From assembly GCA_937127265.1 (NCBI GenBank), contig CAKZLX010000594.1, positions 1-35,918 of the forward strand: 35,918 bases of DNA, written 5' to 3'. The notes beneath the pieces are model-generated. The model did no database searches. It was not told the DNA's origin and saw only the letters and a list, made by a program, of their open reading frames with translations. Source of the stretch: an uncultured Pseudomonadota bacterium (lineage in GTDB: Bacteria; Myxococcota_A; UBA796). The translations under genes were made by a program, and so were the position numbers. This document shows, in pieces, positions 7,555 to 16,659 of the stretch (position 1 is its first letter; each line of letters opens with the position of its first letter).

Positions 7555-9893
7555 TGAACACCATCCACTTTGGCGCTTTCTTCGGGAATCGGATTGGTAC
7601 CCAAACTTTGAAGATAGGCAATGACAGCGGTCAGTTCAGAATCCCAAGCCAAATCCACACTGGCATCTTGCTCTTTGAGTTCAGCCACGATCTGCTTGGC
7701 TTGCGTCTCATAGTTGGCATCGGCATTTAACAAGTCTTGCTTGGTGTAAGGAACACCCAATCGTTTCATGACCGCAACCCGTGAGGCCGTGCGTTTCAAA
7801 TCCATTTTGTTGGTTTCCAAGTGAGCATAGTTTGGCATGATCGATTCAGTTTCCACTTGGCGAGGATTGATCATGTGTTTGTAATGCCACAAGTGATTCC
7901 GCTTACCACCTTCGTGATGCAAATCTGGTCCAGTGCGCTTTGAACCCCATTGAAAGGGATGATCATAAATAAACTCTTCGGCATAAGAATAATCATTTTT
8001 GACCCCTGCCCGTCCGTACCGAATGGTTTCATCCGTAAAAGGACGAATCATTTGAGAGTGACAGGTGTAGCAACCTTCTTTCAAATAGATGTCACGACCG
8101 GCCAGTTCCAAAGCAGTATATGGCTCTTGGGTACGACCACCGAGTGGTACGGCTTGCTCCATCATCACTGCGGGGACAATCTCCACCATGCCACCAATCA
8201 AGACCGCAATCACAGTCAACACGGTGAAAATGAGTGGCTTCCCTTCCAAGAAGTGGTGAAAACCAACCGTGGTTCCAGCACCTTGTGCTTTCCACCCCAA
8301 TGCACCTGCTGCAATCGCCAAGATCAGTCCAACAGTATAAGTGAAAGTGTTGGGAATCAAGAAAACCAACAGTCCAATCATCCCCAGATAACTCAACAAT
8401 AGTGCTGGATGAAACCAAGTTTGTAAGGGTGTCAGTTTTGGAGCCTCTTTTTTCCAAGCAGGAATTTCTGGCACGGTGACTTTGGTTTCAACGATCTGAC
8501 CACTTTTGATAGTCAATGCCAAATTCACAATCATCAAGATAAATCCGAGTAGGTAAAGAGTTCCACCGATAAAACGGAACCAGTACATCGGCTTGATAGC
8601 CACCACAGTTTCAATGAAATTGGGATACTGCAAGAGACCTTCCGGCGTATACGCACGCCACATCAAGCCTTGGGTAATACCGGCAACCCACATCGAACCC
8701 ATGTACAAGACAATACCCAAAGTCCCCATCCAAAAATGAATGTTACCCCAACTGGTACTGTACAATTTGGTACCCCACAATCTAGGCACCATCCAATAGA
8801 ACATACCGGCGGCCATGAAACCATTCCAACCGAGGGTTCCACCGTGAACGTGTCCAACAATCCAATCGGTATAGTGACCCAGTGCAGAGACTGTTTTAAT
8901 AGAGAGAAGTGGACCTTCAAATGTCGCCATACCATAGAAAGACAAGGCGGCTGCCATAAACTTTAAGACAGGATCACGACGAACTTTATCCCAAGCACCA
9001 CGCATGGTCAGTAGACCGTTCAACATCCCACCCCAACTCGGAGCCCAAAGAGCCACAGAGAACACCATCCCCAAAGACTGTGCCCAATCTGGCAAGGCGG
9101 TATTCAACAAGTGGTGTGGTCCTGCCCAAATGTAGACGAATACCAACGCCCAAAAGTGAATGATAGACAGACGATAAGAGAATACTGGACGTTCGGCCGC
9201 TTTGGGAACAAAATAATACATAATACCCAAAATCGGTGTGGTTAAAAAGAAGGCTACGGCATTGTGACCGTACCACCATTGTACCAAGGCATCCTGTACC
9301 CCAGCAAAGACAGAGTATGACCGATCCCAGGTCATCGGAATCGAGAGATTGTTGACGATGTACAAAATGGCGATGGTGACAATGGTGGCCATATAAAACC
9401 ACAACCCTACATAGAGGTGTTTCTCACGACGTTTGGCCAATGTCCAAAAATAGTTTACCGCAAAGGTGATCCAACTAAAGACGATCAACAAATCCAGTGG
9501 CCACTCCAGTTCGGCATATTCCTTCGCCTGCGTCATGCCCAAGGGAAGAGTGATTGCGGCACCCACAATCGCCAGTTGCCAAGACCACAGGTGAATCCGG
9601 CTCAACAAATCCGATGCCATACGTGTTTTCAGCAATCGTTGGGTGGTGTAATAAACCCCTGCAAAGATCATATTCCCCACAAAAGCAAAGATGGCGGCAT
9701 TGGTGTGCAAGGGACGAAGACGACCAAAGGTGAAGTATTCAATGCTGGTATTGGCCGGCCACCATGCCAATTGGAGTGCCACTATCGCCCCTAAAGACAT
9801 ACCAACGACCCCGAACACAATGGAGAAAAAAGTGAAATACCGTACGACGCTGTCATCGTAAGTAATTTCAATGGTGTTGCTTGGTTCTGACAT
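7551..9893 (-). CDS. ccoNO: Fused cbb3 oxidase subunits I and II (CcoN-CcoO)
   Basis: 780 aa. The first ~475 aa are a haem-copper oxidase subunit I (WWYGHNAV, HHLL, GHVHGG motifs). The C-terminal ~220 aa are CcoO (FHHFLEGKPLIF..IGGMVEIVP TM, then CYTCH at plus-strand 8058-8072). One uninterrupted frame. Confidence 0.95.
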   Translation of the reverse strand: MSEPSNTIEITYDDSVVRYFTFFSIVFGVVGMSLGAIVALQLAWWPANTSIEYFTFGRLRPLHTNAAIFAFVGNMIFAGVYYTTQRLLKTRMASDLLSRIHLWSWQLAIVGAAITLPLGMTQAKEYAELEWPLDLLIVFSWITFAVNYFWTLAKRREKHLYVGLWFYMATIVTIAILYIVNNLSIPMTWDRSYSVFAGVQDALVQWWYGHNAVAFFLTTPILGIMYYFVPKAAERPVFSYRLSIIHFWALVFVYIWAGPHHLLNTALPDWAQSLGMVFSVALWAPSWGGMLNGLLTMRGAWDKVRRDPVLKFMAAALSFYGMATFEGPLLSIKTVSALGHYTDWIVGHVHGGTLGWNGFMAAGMFYWMVPRLWGTKLYSTSWGNIHFWMGTLGIVLYMGSMWVAGITQGLMWRAYTPEGLLQYPNFIETVVAIKPMYWFRFIGGTLYLLGFILMIVNLALTIKSGQIVETKVTVPEIPAWKKEAPKLTPLQTWFHPALLLSYLGMIGLLVFLIPNTFTYTVGLILAIAAGALGWKAQGAGTTVGFHHFLEGKPLIFTVLTVIAVLIGGMVEIVPAVMMEQAVPLGGRTQEPYTALELAGRDIYLKEGCYTCHSQMIRPFTDETIRYGRAGVKNDYSYAEEFIYDHPFQWGSKRTGPDLHHEGGKRNHLWHYKHMINPRQVETESIMPNYAHLETNKMDLKRTASRVAVMKRLGVPYTKQDLLNADANYETQAKQIVAELKEQDASVDLAWDSELTAVIAYLQSLGTNPIPEESAKVDGVQ

Positions 9894-9993
9894 AAATGAC
9901 CCCCGATGTAATGAAAGAACAAATTTTCCTTTGTGTTCAATCTAGTCAATCAAAGATCACCAAAAACGTGCAGTATAGTTTACAATTTATCAG

Positions 9994-10013
9994 ATAGTAC
10001 ATGTATAGTACAT
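9994..10013. promoter_or_regulatory. Candidate operator: ATAGTACAT x2 with 11-bp period
   Basis: Plus strand ATAGTACAT (9994-10002), gt, ATAGTACAT (10005-10013). The junction also forms the palindromes TACATGTA and ATGTA-TAG-TACAT. It lies about 100-120 nt upstream of the ccoNO ATG. On the minus strand it ends 17 nt upstream of a TATACT -10-like hexamer. Confidence 0.25.
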
Positions 10014-10023
10014 ATTCAAGTAA

Positions 10024-10039
10024 TCAATGATTATATTGA
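10024..10039. promoter_or_regulatory. Inverted repeat TCAAT-N6-ATTGA
   Basis: Perfect 5-6-5 palindrome in the AT-rich ccoNO upstream region. It is not the FNR/FixK spacing. Confidence 0.2.
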
Positions 10040-10145
10040 ATAATAAAAGATTTGAATAGTTTCTGCAACCAAAAATAGTCATTAACAACCCAAAAACGAC
10101 CTTTGAGGTTTACTTTGCAAATGGAATTACCAAGGATCTCAATCC

Positions 10146-10174
10146 ATAAAAAAACACCGTCCAAAGACAGTGTT
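10146..10174 (-). terminator. Rho-independent terminator downstream of the 10215-11687 lipoprotein gene
   Basis: The minus strand reads AACACTGTC-TTTG-GACGGTGTT followed by a T-run: a 9-bp stem with one G.U pair, a 4-nt loop and then U-tract. It starts about 40 nt after the TAA at 10215-10217. Confidence 0.6.
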
Positions 10175-10214
10175 CTGATAGACCGACGAAAGCCGAAGAT
10201 GGATTAAAGATGCT

Positions 10215-11687
10215 TTATTGACAAGCCGCCAAGTTTGTGGTGGCAGGCGCGGTATTTTCCACCACAAACTGCCCTGCCCCTGCAGCCCAATAAATGTACC
10301 CGACATCCCATAAATCACGTGGAGACAATAAGCGCGACTCTTCGGCAATGATCACACCATCCAAATATACCCGTACGGTTGCAGTGGTATCGCCATTTCC
10401 ATTGCCGTTGAAGTAGTGAACAAAGATATTGTAAGAGCCATCATAAGGAGTCTCAATCTCAATTTCTTCCGGTCCATAGCCAATCCGATTGTCCAATGAC
10501 AATTGTGGGTCATCCGCCACCCCAGAAGCACCCCATTGCGGATTGGGATTACACCAACAACAGTCACCATCACTGTAAAAATCGTATCCCTCCATCACCA
10601 TGTGCAAGTCTACGTCAGTGTTGTTTTTGTCCCACACCAATTCAACTTGTATCGCCTCATCTGGAATTGCAGTAAAGGCACAGGTCTTGGGTTCAGATTC
10701 CAAACCGATGCTGTTGGCCACCACCAGTTGCAATTCGTAGTCCCCTGCTGCATCGACAAACAACGGAGTGTATTCCAAGGTTGGTTCTTCGATGGTGGTG
10801 GTCGAACCTGGAGGTTGCGACAACAAGGTCCACTCATAGGTCAAGGGTTCATATCCCTGTGGATCGGATGAGTTTTGGGCATTCAAATGCACAGTTGTCG
10901 GTGGGTCCACTTCTTCAGGACAAGGAAACTTGGCTTCTGGGTATTCAAAATCTCCACCGCCATTCCCCAAGAGTGCCACCGTTTGTTCAGATTCATCGGG
11001 ATCGTTACTGAGGATGGTGATCGTGGCATTGTCACCAGTCTCAGCGGTCGGTGTATAGGTGACCACCACAGTACTGCTCTGCTCCAATCCATAGGACACA
11101 CCGGAAACATCGGTCATAATCGAAAAGTTTTCCGACCCTTCCATCGTCACCGATTCGATGATCAAATCTCCAGTACCACGGTTGGTCAAAGTAAAATACT
11201 GGGTGCCGGTTTGTCCCTGTGCGACCAAACCAAAGTCCACCGCCCGTGGAGCAATCTCGATATCGGGTACCGGTCCAACAACCCCTTCTCCGTTCAATGG
11301 CAACACTACAGTCCCATTTTCTGGATCGTTACTGGTGATGGTAATCTCTCGATTGTATTCTCGATAAGTTGCTGGTTCAAAGGTGACCGTGACCGTTTGA
11401 CTTTGATTGGGCTCAATCACACCTTCGGTGGGTTCAATCGTATAGATGGCATCGTCATTATTGCCGATCTCAATCGAAGCAATATCCAGTTCTGCCAGTC
11501 CCGAATTGATGATTTGAAATTCTTGGGTATCGGTATAGAGAACCACCGTTTCAAAATCAAGACTTTCGGTGTTGAGGGTCACCGTAGGATAGAGTTCACG
11601 AAACTGGGTTTCCTCAAGTTTGTCCCCTGAACACGACAACAGTGGGAACAGCATCAGACTGAGAAGGACAGGTGTTTGACCGCGCAT
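10215..11687 (-). CDS. Secreted lipoprotein with choice-of-anchor-D-like Ig domains, a PKD-like domain and a C-terminal jelly-roll-like domain
   Basis: MRGQTPVLLSLMLFPLLSC has a lipobox. Repeated segments resemble DFGLVAQGQTGTQYFTLTNRGTGDLIIESV. The C-terminal VWDKNNTDVDLHM..GYGPEEIEI..GSYNIFVHY pattern is present. Start moved to ATG 11687 (GGAG 6 nt upstream); the track's start at 11699 is TTG. Confidence 0.7.
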   Translation of the reverse strand: MRGQTPVLLSLMLFPLLSCSGDKLEETQFRELYPTVTLNTESLDFETVVLYTDTQEFQIINSGLAELDIASIEIGNNDDAIYTIEPTEGVIEPNQSQTVTVTFEPATYREYNREITITSNDPENGTVVLPLNGEGVVGPVPDIEIAPRAVDFGLVAQGQTGTQYFTLTNRGTGDLIIESVTMEGSENFSIMTDVSGVSYGLEQSSTVVVTYTPTAETGDNATITILSNDPDESEQTVALLGNGGGDFEYPEAKFPCPEEVDPPTTVHLNAQNSSDPQGYEPLTYEWTLLSQPPGSTTTIEEPTLEYTPLFVDAAGDYELQLVVANSIGLESEPKTCAFTAIPDEAIQVELVWDKNNTDVDLHMVMEGYDFYSDGDCCWCNPNPQWGASGVADDPQLSLDNRIGYGPEEIEIETPYDGSYNIFVHYFNGNGNGDTTATVRVYLDGVIIAEESRLLSPRDLWDVGYIYWAAGAGQFVVENTAPATTNLAACQ

Positions 11688-11832
11688 GGGTTTCTCCAAA
11701 TAGATTGTACAGATTCAGTATACTCGATGTTTCAGACTGGCATCCAATTTGCATACCATTCATCTAGATTGTGGTCGGCAACTCGATTGAGATTGCGTTA
11801 CAATGTACACAATATAACTGGAGTTTTGGATC

Positions 11833-12801
11833 ATGCCTTTTGCTACTTCTTTCATCGTCTTTCTTTTTGGGTGTATCGGTTGTCAAAGTTGCCAACCTCA
11901 AATCGATGTCCCTGACAATCCCGACAACCAACCCGAACCCTCCACCGAAAATGTAGATACTGCAGAGACCATCGACACAGGGGACACCGCACTTGAACCG
12001 CCTCCCTGCCCGATCATGGAAGTAGAACCCAACGACAATTACGATGAAGCCCAACTGGTATTTTTGGAAAAATGGATTTGTGGTGAATACGATAAAGAAT
12101 TCGATCTCGACAATTTTGGTTTTCAGTTTCCTGAAGATGAAGGCTGGCTCAAAGTATGGGGACGTGCACAAAGTGTGGGTTCACTCTCCGACATTTTGAT
12201 CACCCTTGACCAAGGTTCCAACACCGCGGTTTCTTTTGCCCAAGCCGGCACTACCGATCCAATGCTGATTGTCCCCGTGACCAACGAGGAAGCGCTCTAC
12301 GCAACAATTTATGACCAGTACGGTGGCTATGGGGAAAACAACTTTTACGAGATGATGATTTCCCAAATCAAACCACCGGTTGAATGGAACCGTAACGAAA
12401 CGGATGCGCTAGGCGAAAACAATTCTCCCGCCGGAGCAGAAACCGTGGAAGATGGTGAGATTATTTTTGGAACCTCATCCACCAATTATGATACCGACTG
12501 GTTTAAGTTCACCGTCAACGAAGGTGAAACCGTACAAGTCACCTTGGAACTGACAGCCTTTTCTGAAGGCTCTCCCATGGATCCAATCGTCTATTTATAC
12601 GATGACCGCATCTTCACCGATTCCGATGCTCCTTATCGTGCGGTCCGCAACAATCGCTCTGGTGAAGCTGGAAACCTTGACCCACTGCTTCGCTACAGCA
12701 TCTCTGCCGCCGGCGACTGGGCAATTCTGGTCAAAAACAACGGACCCGGTGGTTCTGACTTTCATTGGTACATCATAGATGTCTCCTTGGAAGTTGAATA
12801 A
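11833..12801 (+). CDS. Secreted lipoprotein with two pre-peptidase C-terminal (PPC)-like domains
   Basis: MPFATSFIVFLFGC has a lipobox. EVEPNDNYDEA and DTDWFKFTVNEGETVQVTLE..DPIVYLYD are PPC-like signatures. Confidence 0.7.
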   Translation: MPFATSFIVFLFGCIGCQSCQPQIDVPDNPDNQPEPSTENVDTAETIDTGDTALEPPPCPIMEVEPNDNYDEAQLVFLEKWICGEYDKEFDLDNFGFQFPEDEGWLKVWGRAQSVGSLSDILITLDQGSNTAVSFAQAGTTDPMLIVPVTNEEALYATIYDQYGGYGENNFYEMMISQIKPPVEWNRNETDALGENNSPAGAETVEDGEIIFGTSSTNYDTDWFKFTVNEGETVQVTLELTAFSEGSPMDPIVYLYDDRIFTDSDAPYRAVRNNRSGEAGNLDPLLRYSISAAGDWAILVKNNGPGGSDFHWYIIDVSLEVE

Positions 12802-12877
12802 TCAACCGCGATTGAAATTCGGCATCAGAATTGCAACGGGATATATTGCACATCACTTATTTATTGAGGAACCTACC

Positions 12878-13876
12878 ATGAAACACACAACACTTTTGGC
12901 TCTATTTGCCTTATCTACCGCCTGTACCACTGAGGAAAAGAAGCCCGAACAAGGTGAAGTACCCACCGACACTGCTGTAGACGAAGATACTGGTGGCTTG
13001 GTCGACTGTGATGCCATGATGAGCAGTACCCCCTCCATTGACCTTCCCACCTCCAGTTGGTTCTTTCGTGATGCGGTGGAACTCACCTTTGATGAGGTCA
13101 ACGTGGCACTGGACCTTGTCTTGACCGACAGTAGTGGTGCTGATATTGCGGTTGGCTTTGAATGGAACGAGTCTCGTGAGATTGCCTATGTCCTCCCTGA
13201 GTCTGGCACGTGGACTGGAAACGAAGACTATACTTTGGTGGCAGATTTTTGTGGAAAAACTGAAACCTTGACTTTTGGAACCTCTGAATTCGGTGTTCCC
13301 ATGGAAAGTGGTGCAGAATCGTTGATTGGCAATACCTACAACATTGACTTGGCCTCGGCTGAATACTCTCATCCCCCGGGGATTGGCACCTTGCTATCGC
13401 AAAATATCGACCAACCTCTCTTATTTGGAGTCGAAGCCGCCACCGAAACCTCCTTGGACTTCATCGCTGCCTTGGGTGCCTACACCAACACTGGTGGCAT
13501 TGAGCAAACTACTGGTCTGTGGTATTTTCCCGGTGCCGATTTCACCACAACACCTTATTTCGATGCCTACGCCGAAACCTTAAACATCCAATATGGTTCC
13601 ATCGACATTCCCATCTTTGATTTTCAAATCTCTGGAACCTTTTCTGCCGATGCCCAAAAGATTGGCATGGCACATTTTGAAGGACTGGGTGATACCCGTG
13701 GCATCGCTGTGGAACTGACAAACAATGAAAATGGGCTATGTGATCTATTGGGAGCCAGTGGTAGTGAGTGCGTTCCTTGTCCAAACGCCACTGGTGACGA
13801 GGCTTTCTGTGTGTTCCTTGCTGGAGACATCGAAGAAGTGCTCTTGGTACCCAATCTTCAACTGGAAGACATGTAA
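12878..13876 (+). CDS. Lipoprotein of unknown function
   Basis: ATG 12878 is preceded by GAGGAA. MKHTTLLALFALSTAC is a signal/lipobox-like sequence. I recognise no family. The track's start at 12779 overlaps the upstream gene. Confidence 0.65.
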   Translation: MKHTTLLALFALSTACTTEEKKPEQGEVPTDTAVDEDTGGLVDCDAMMSSTPSIDLPTSSWFFRDAVELTFDEVNVALDLVLTDSSGADIAVGFEWNESREIAYVLPESGTWTGNEDYTLVADFCGKTETLTFGTSEFGVPMESGAESLIGNTYNIDLASAEYSHPPGIGTLLSQNIDQPLLFGVEAATETSLDFIAALGAYTNTGGIEQTTGLWYFPGADFTTTPYFDAYAETLNIQYGSIDIPIFDFQISGTFSADAQKIGMAHFEGLGDTRGIAVELTNNENGLCDLLGASGSECVPCPNATGDEAFCVFLAGDIEEVLLVPNLQLEDM

Positions 13877-13900
13877 CCCCACCATTTAGGGAGCAGAAGA

Positions 13901-14683
13901 ATGCTGTCCACTCTCAGTGTTGCCCAGATTCAGATTTTGTGTCACGGTGCAGCGCTGGGCATTTTTTTCTCGCTGGGTCACTTTTCACAACGCTACACCC
14001 AGTCGTTGATTCGTCGTGATACCCTGGTCAATGTTGGAACCGGTTTGGGTATTTTGGTGGTAATCAAGCCTCTGATGGTTTGGCTCAATGGCATCTTGTC
14101 TATTCATTTGATTTCTTTGGAAAGTCTACACCCTGTACTGCAATTTCTGTTGGCTTTTTTACTGCTCGATTTTACCCGATACTGGCTTCATTACATGCAC
14201 CACAGGGTCTCTTTCTTTTGGCAGTTTCATCGGGTACACCACTCTAGCGCCACCCTTGATTCGACCAGTGGACTGCGGATGCACCTCTTTGATTTCATTC
14301 AGTTGGCACTCCTTCCCACCTTGTTGTTTTCCACCGTGTTTGACATTCGCACTTGGTCTGAATGGATGCTCCCTTCTGTCTTGTTGGTGGGTACTTTCTT
14401 TGATGCCTTTCAACACGCCAACCTTCGGTTCAACATTGCCCACCCGATGGGAAAAATCTGGCACAAACTGTTGAACAACCCGCACTTTCACGCTTGGCAC
14501 CATGTACGAGATGCCCAAGGACAAGACGGCAATTATGGCAATGTACTGCTGGTTTGGGATCGTCTCTTTGGAACCGAAGTGACCCAAGACCATTTGCCTG
14601 AGACACTTGGACTCAATCAAACACAAGCCTTAAACACATCCGATCCGATTTCGCTACAATTGTTGCGTCGTCCCACCTCTTAA
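13901..14683 (+). CDS. Fatty acid hydroxylase / sterol desaturase superfamily membrane protein
   Basis: Three His boxes (HYMHHRV, HRVHH, HAWHH) in a polytopic protein. AGGGAG SD upstream. Confidence 0.85.
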   Translation: MLSTLSVAQIQILCHGAALGIFFSLGHFSQRYTQSLIRRDTLVNVGTGLGILVVIKPLMVWLNGILSIHLISLESLHPVLQFLLAFLLLDFTRYWLHYMHHRVSFFWQFHRVHHSSATLDSTSGLRMHLFDFIQLALLPTLLFSTVFDIRTWSEWMLPSVLLVGTFFDAFQHANLRFNIAHPMGKIWHKLLNNPHFHAWHHVRDAQGQDGNYGNVLLVWDRLFGTEVTQDHLPETLGLNQTQALNTSDPISLQLLRRPTS

Positions 14684-14699
14684 ACTCGGATCTTCAACC

Positions 14700-15704
14700 A
14701 TGTCTAAATCCACTCGCCTAATTGGCGTCCTACTGTTTACCCTAATCAGTATGTTCATCGCCTTTCGTGGATTGAACTGGCATGAAATGCTTTCTGGTAT
14801 TCAACAAGCCAACCTGTGGTATTTTGCCTTGGTCTGTTTGGGATATCTGTGCACCCATGCGATCCGAACCCTACGACTTTGGTTGCTCATTGGTTATCAG
14901 GGTTCTTATGGCTCAATGTTTTCCATCAACACCATTGGATTTTTGGCGATCAATGTCATTCCGATGCGAATGGGAGAACTGGTGCGTCCGTATTTGATGG
15001 TCGAAAAAGAGCAGATTCCTTTTGGTGAAGCGATGGTGGCTATCGTGTTGGAACGCTGGTTGGACATGTGTATGTTGCTGATCATGTTGGTTGGATTGGG
15101 CTGGTTTGTTGATTTGCCCAACGGTGTGGTGGTAGAAGGTATCGACATCCTCTCGGTTGGACAACGCACACTGGGAACCATAGTCTTTATTGGTGCACTT
15201 GGATTGACTGGACTAATTGGCTTTGGTGAACCACTGCTGCAACGGTTTGTTGACCACCCCAACCCCCTATTGGCAAAACTCAGCCATTTCATCTTATCCT
15301 TGCGAGATGGTGCGCATCGCTTATTTGCCAATCCCTTGATGGCATTGCAGGCATTTGTTCTCTCCTTGTCGGTTTGGGCAGTGACCATGGTGGCGATTTG
15401 GTTTGCTCTGATGGGATTTCCCGATCTACCAAACGGTTTGGGGGTAGTGTGGTCCGTTTGGACAATTACCTTGGTCGGTATGATCGTGGCACCCACACCG
15501 GGATTCATTGGGGTCTATGAGTTCTTTTGCGCCACCGCATTGGTTTTGTGGGGTGTTGATCGGGTCGATGGAACCGTATTTGCCCTCACCCTCCATGCCT
15601 CCCAACTGTTTTTTACACTGGCGATGGGTTCGATTTTTGTGATCAAAGAAGGGGTCAGTATTCAAGGTTTGGTCAAGGATTCTCGCTCTTTATCAAACGA
15701 GTAG
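14700..15704 (+). CDS. Lysylphosphatidylglycerol-synthase TM-region (flippase-like, UPF0104) protein, no synthase domain
   Basis: About 8 hydrophobic segments. The IGFLAINVIPMRMGELVRPYL motif is typical of the LPG_synthase_TM family. The 334-aa length leaves no room for a C-terminal aminoacyl-transfer domain. Confidence 0.8.
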   Translation: MSKSTRLIGVLLFTLISMFIAFRGLNWHEMLSGIQQANLWYFALVCLGYLCTHAIRTLRLWLLIGYQGSYGSMFSINTIGFLAINVIPMRMGELVRPYLMVEKEQIPFGEAMVAIVLERWLDMCMLLIMLVGLGWFVDLPNGVVVEGIDILSVGQRTLGTIVFIGALGLTGLIGFGEPLLQRFVDHPNPLLAKLSHFILSLRDGAHRLFANPLMALQAFVLSLSVWAVTMVAIWFALMGFPDLPNGLGVVWSVWTITLVGMIVAPTPGFIGVYEFFCATALVLWGVDRVDGTVFALTLHASQLFFTLAMGSIFVIKEGVSIQGLVKDSRSLSNE

Positions 15705-15723
15705 TACACAAGGGTACTCAATT

Positions 15724-16599
15724 CTATATCGAACCAGAGCAACTATCCTTCGATAACAGAGAAGATAACGACAGCGAATCCTTGATGTCCATAATCCGAA
15801 TGGTAAAAGGAGCATCCCTAAAAATGGTCTGTATCTCTTCGGTCACAAGAACGGTATCTTGTACATCTTCAATGGTTAACGAAGACAAGTTCATCCCCAC
15901 AATTGCTTTTGCCTGCTCCACCGTCAATGTCTTTGGGCGTATATACAATTCTCCCATCTTCCATGGTTGTAGAGCAATCAACGTCTCCACCGACCATTCT
16001 TTGATCCCACGCAAATGCACAACCACTCCGTCATACCATCTTCCCTGCAACAAGGTCATCTCCTTGGCCACCTCAGGCGTGATTGTACTGATCCCATCCA
16101 AATGCAACTCTCCATACCAAGAGCCATCGGCTAAGGCATGAATGGTCTCCGCATCGACTGTGGTCAATCCGTTAAGACAAAACTCCAATGGTCTTTTACT
16201 CTTGGCAAACTCGGCGGCGATATCAGGTGTCAAGACCGACAATCCGTTGAGTTCAATCGCAGGGTAGGACCCGGCTATTGCAATTGTGGGCGTCTCAACG
16301 TATTCCAATACTTTCAACGACCACAAGTCCCCTTTGGATTCTAGGTATTCTTCATGGGTTGGTTTCAGCCAATCGACAACTTCAGGGGGTAGATTTATCA
16401 AATTATTGGTTGGATGCCAGGAGGCTAATAATCTAGCATCGTCAACCGTCAATGAACTTAAGCCATTCAGTGCCAACGTTTCTTTCTTGGGTGACCAGTT
16501 CTCAATTGTACGCACTGCCGTTCGATCCAATTCGCTGATGCTATTCAATTCGGTTTCAGAATAAGTACAACCAATCAACAATCCCAATATCCAATACAT
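15724..16599 (-). CDS. LRR-like repeat lipoprotein (paralog A)
   Basis: MYWILGLLIGC has a lipobox. Repeated LxLNGLxxLxxxxAxxLa units, e.g. LALNGLSSLTVDDARLLA, IELNGLSVLTPDIAAEFA, CLNGLTTVDAETIHALA, LHLDGISTITPEVAKEM. GGAGG SD. Confidence 0.65.
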   Translation of the reverse strand: MYWILGLLIGCTYSETELNSISELDRTAVRTIENWSPKKETLALNGLSSLTVDDARLLASWHPTNNLINLPPEVVDWLKPTHEEYLESKGDLWSLKVLEYVETPTIAIAGSYPAIELNGLSVLTPDIAAEFAKSKRPLEFCLNGLTTVDAETIHALADGSWYGELHLDGISTITPEVAKEMTLLQGRWYDGVVVHLRGIKEWSVETLIALQPWKMGELYIRPKTLTVEQAKAIVGMNLSSLTIEDVQDTVLVTEEIQTIFRDAPFTIRIMDIKDSLSLSSLLSKDSCSGSI

Positions 16600-16659
16600 T
16601 CAACCCTCCATGTCATTGTCATTCCATTAACGATAGGACAGTCGATGTTCGTACATTTT

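Noticed and set aside
9894-10145. An FNR/FixK box (TTGAT-N4-ATCAA), expected upstream of a cbb3 operon.
   Set aside because: I checked both strands by eye. TTGAT occurs on the minus strand (TTGATTGACTAGAT and TTGATTACTTGAAT), but neither is followed by ATCAA at N4. No canonical box is supported.
10875-11630. A 251-aa plus-strand ORF antisense to the choice-of-anchor-D-like lipoprotein gene, plus 10503-10871 (+).
   Set aside because: They have no recognisable motifs. The opposite-strand frame has a signal peptide and a coherent domain structure.
11764-12171. A 135-aa minus-strand ORF spanning the divergent intergenic region and the 5' end of the PPC-like lipoprotein gene.
   Set aside because: It overlaps a better-supported gene (SD, lipobox, PPC motifs) and its translation is low-complexity.
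14906-15508. A 200-aa minus-strand ORF antisense to the LPG-synthase-TM gene.
   Set aside because: Its translation is Pro/Thr/Ser/Asn-rich, non-membrane and motif-free. The sense frame is a clean polytopic protein contiguous with the upstream operon.
15705-15723. A possible bidirectional terminator between the convergent genes (AGTAC-acaagg-GTACT).
   Set aside because: The stem is only 5 bp and there is no flanking T/A run. This is too weak to call.
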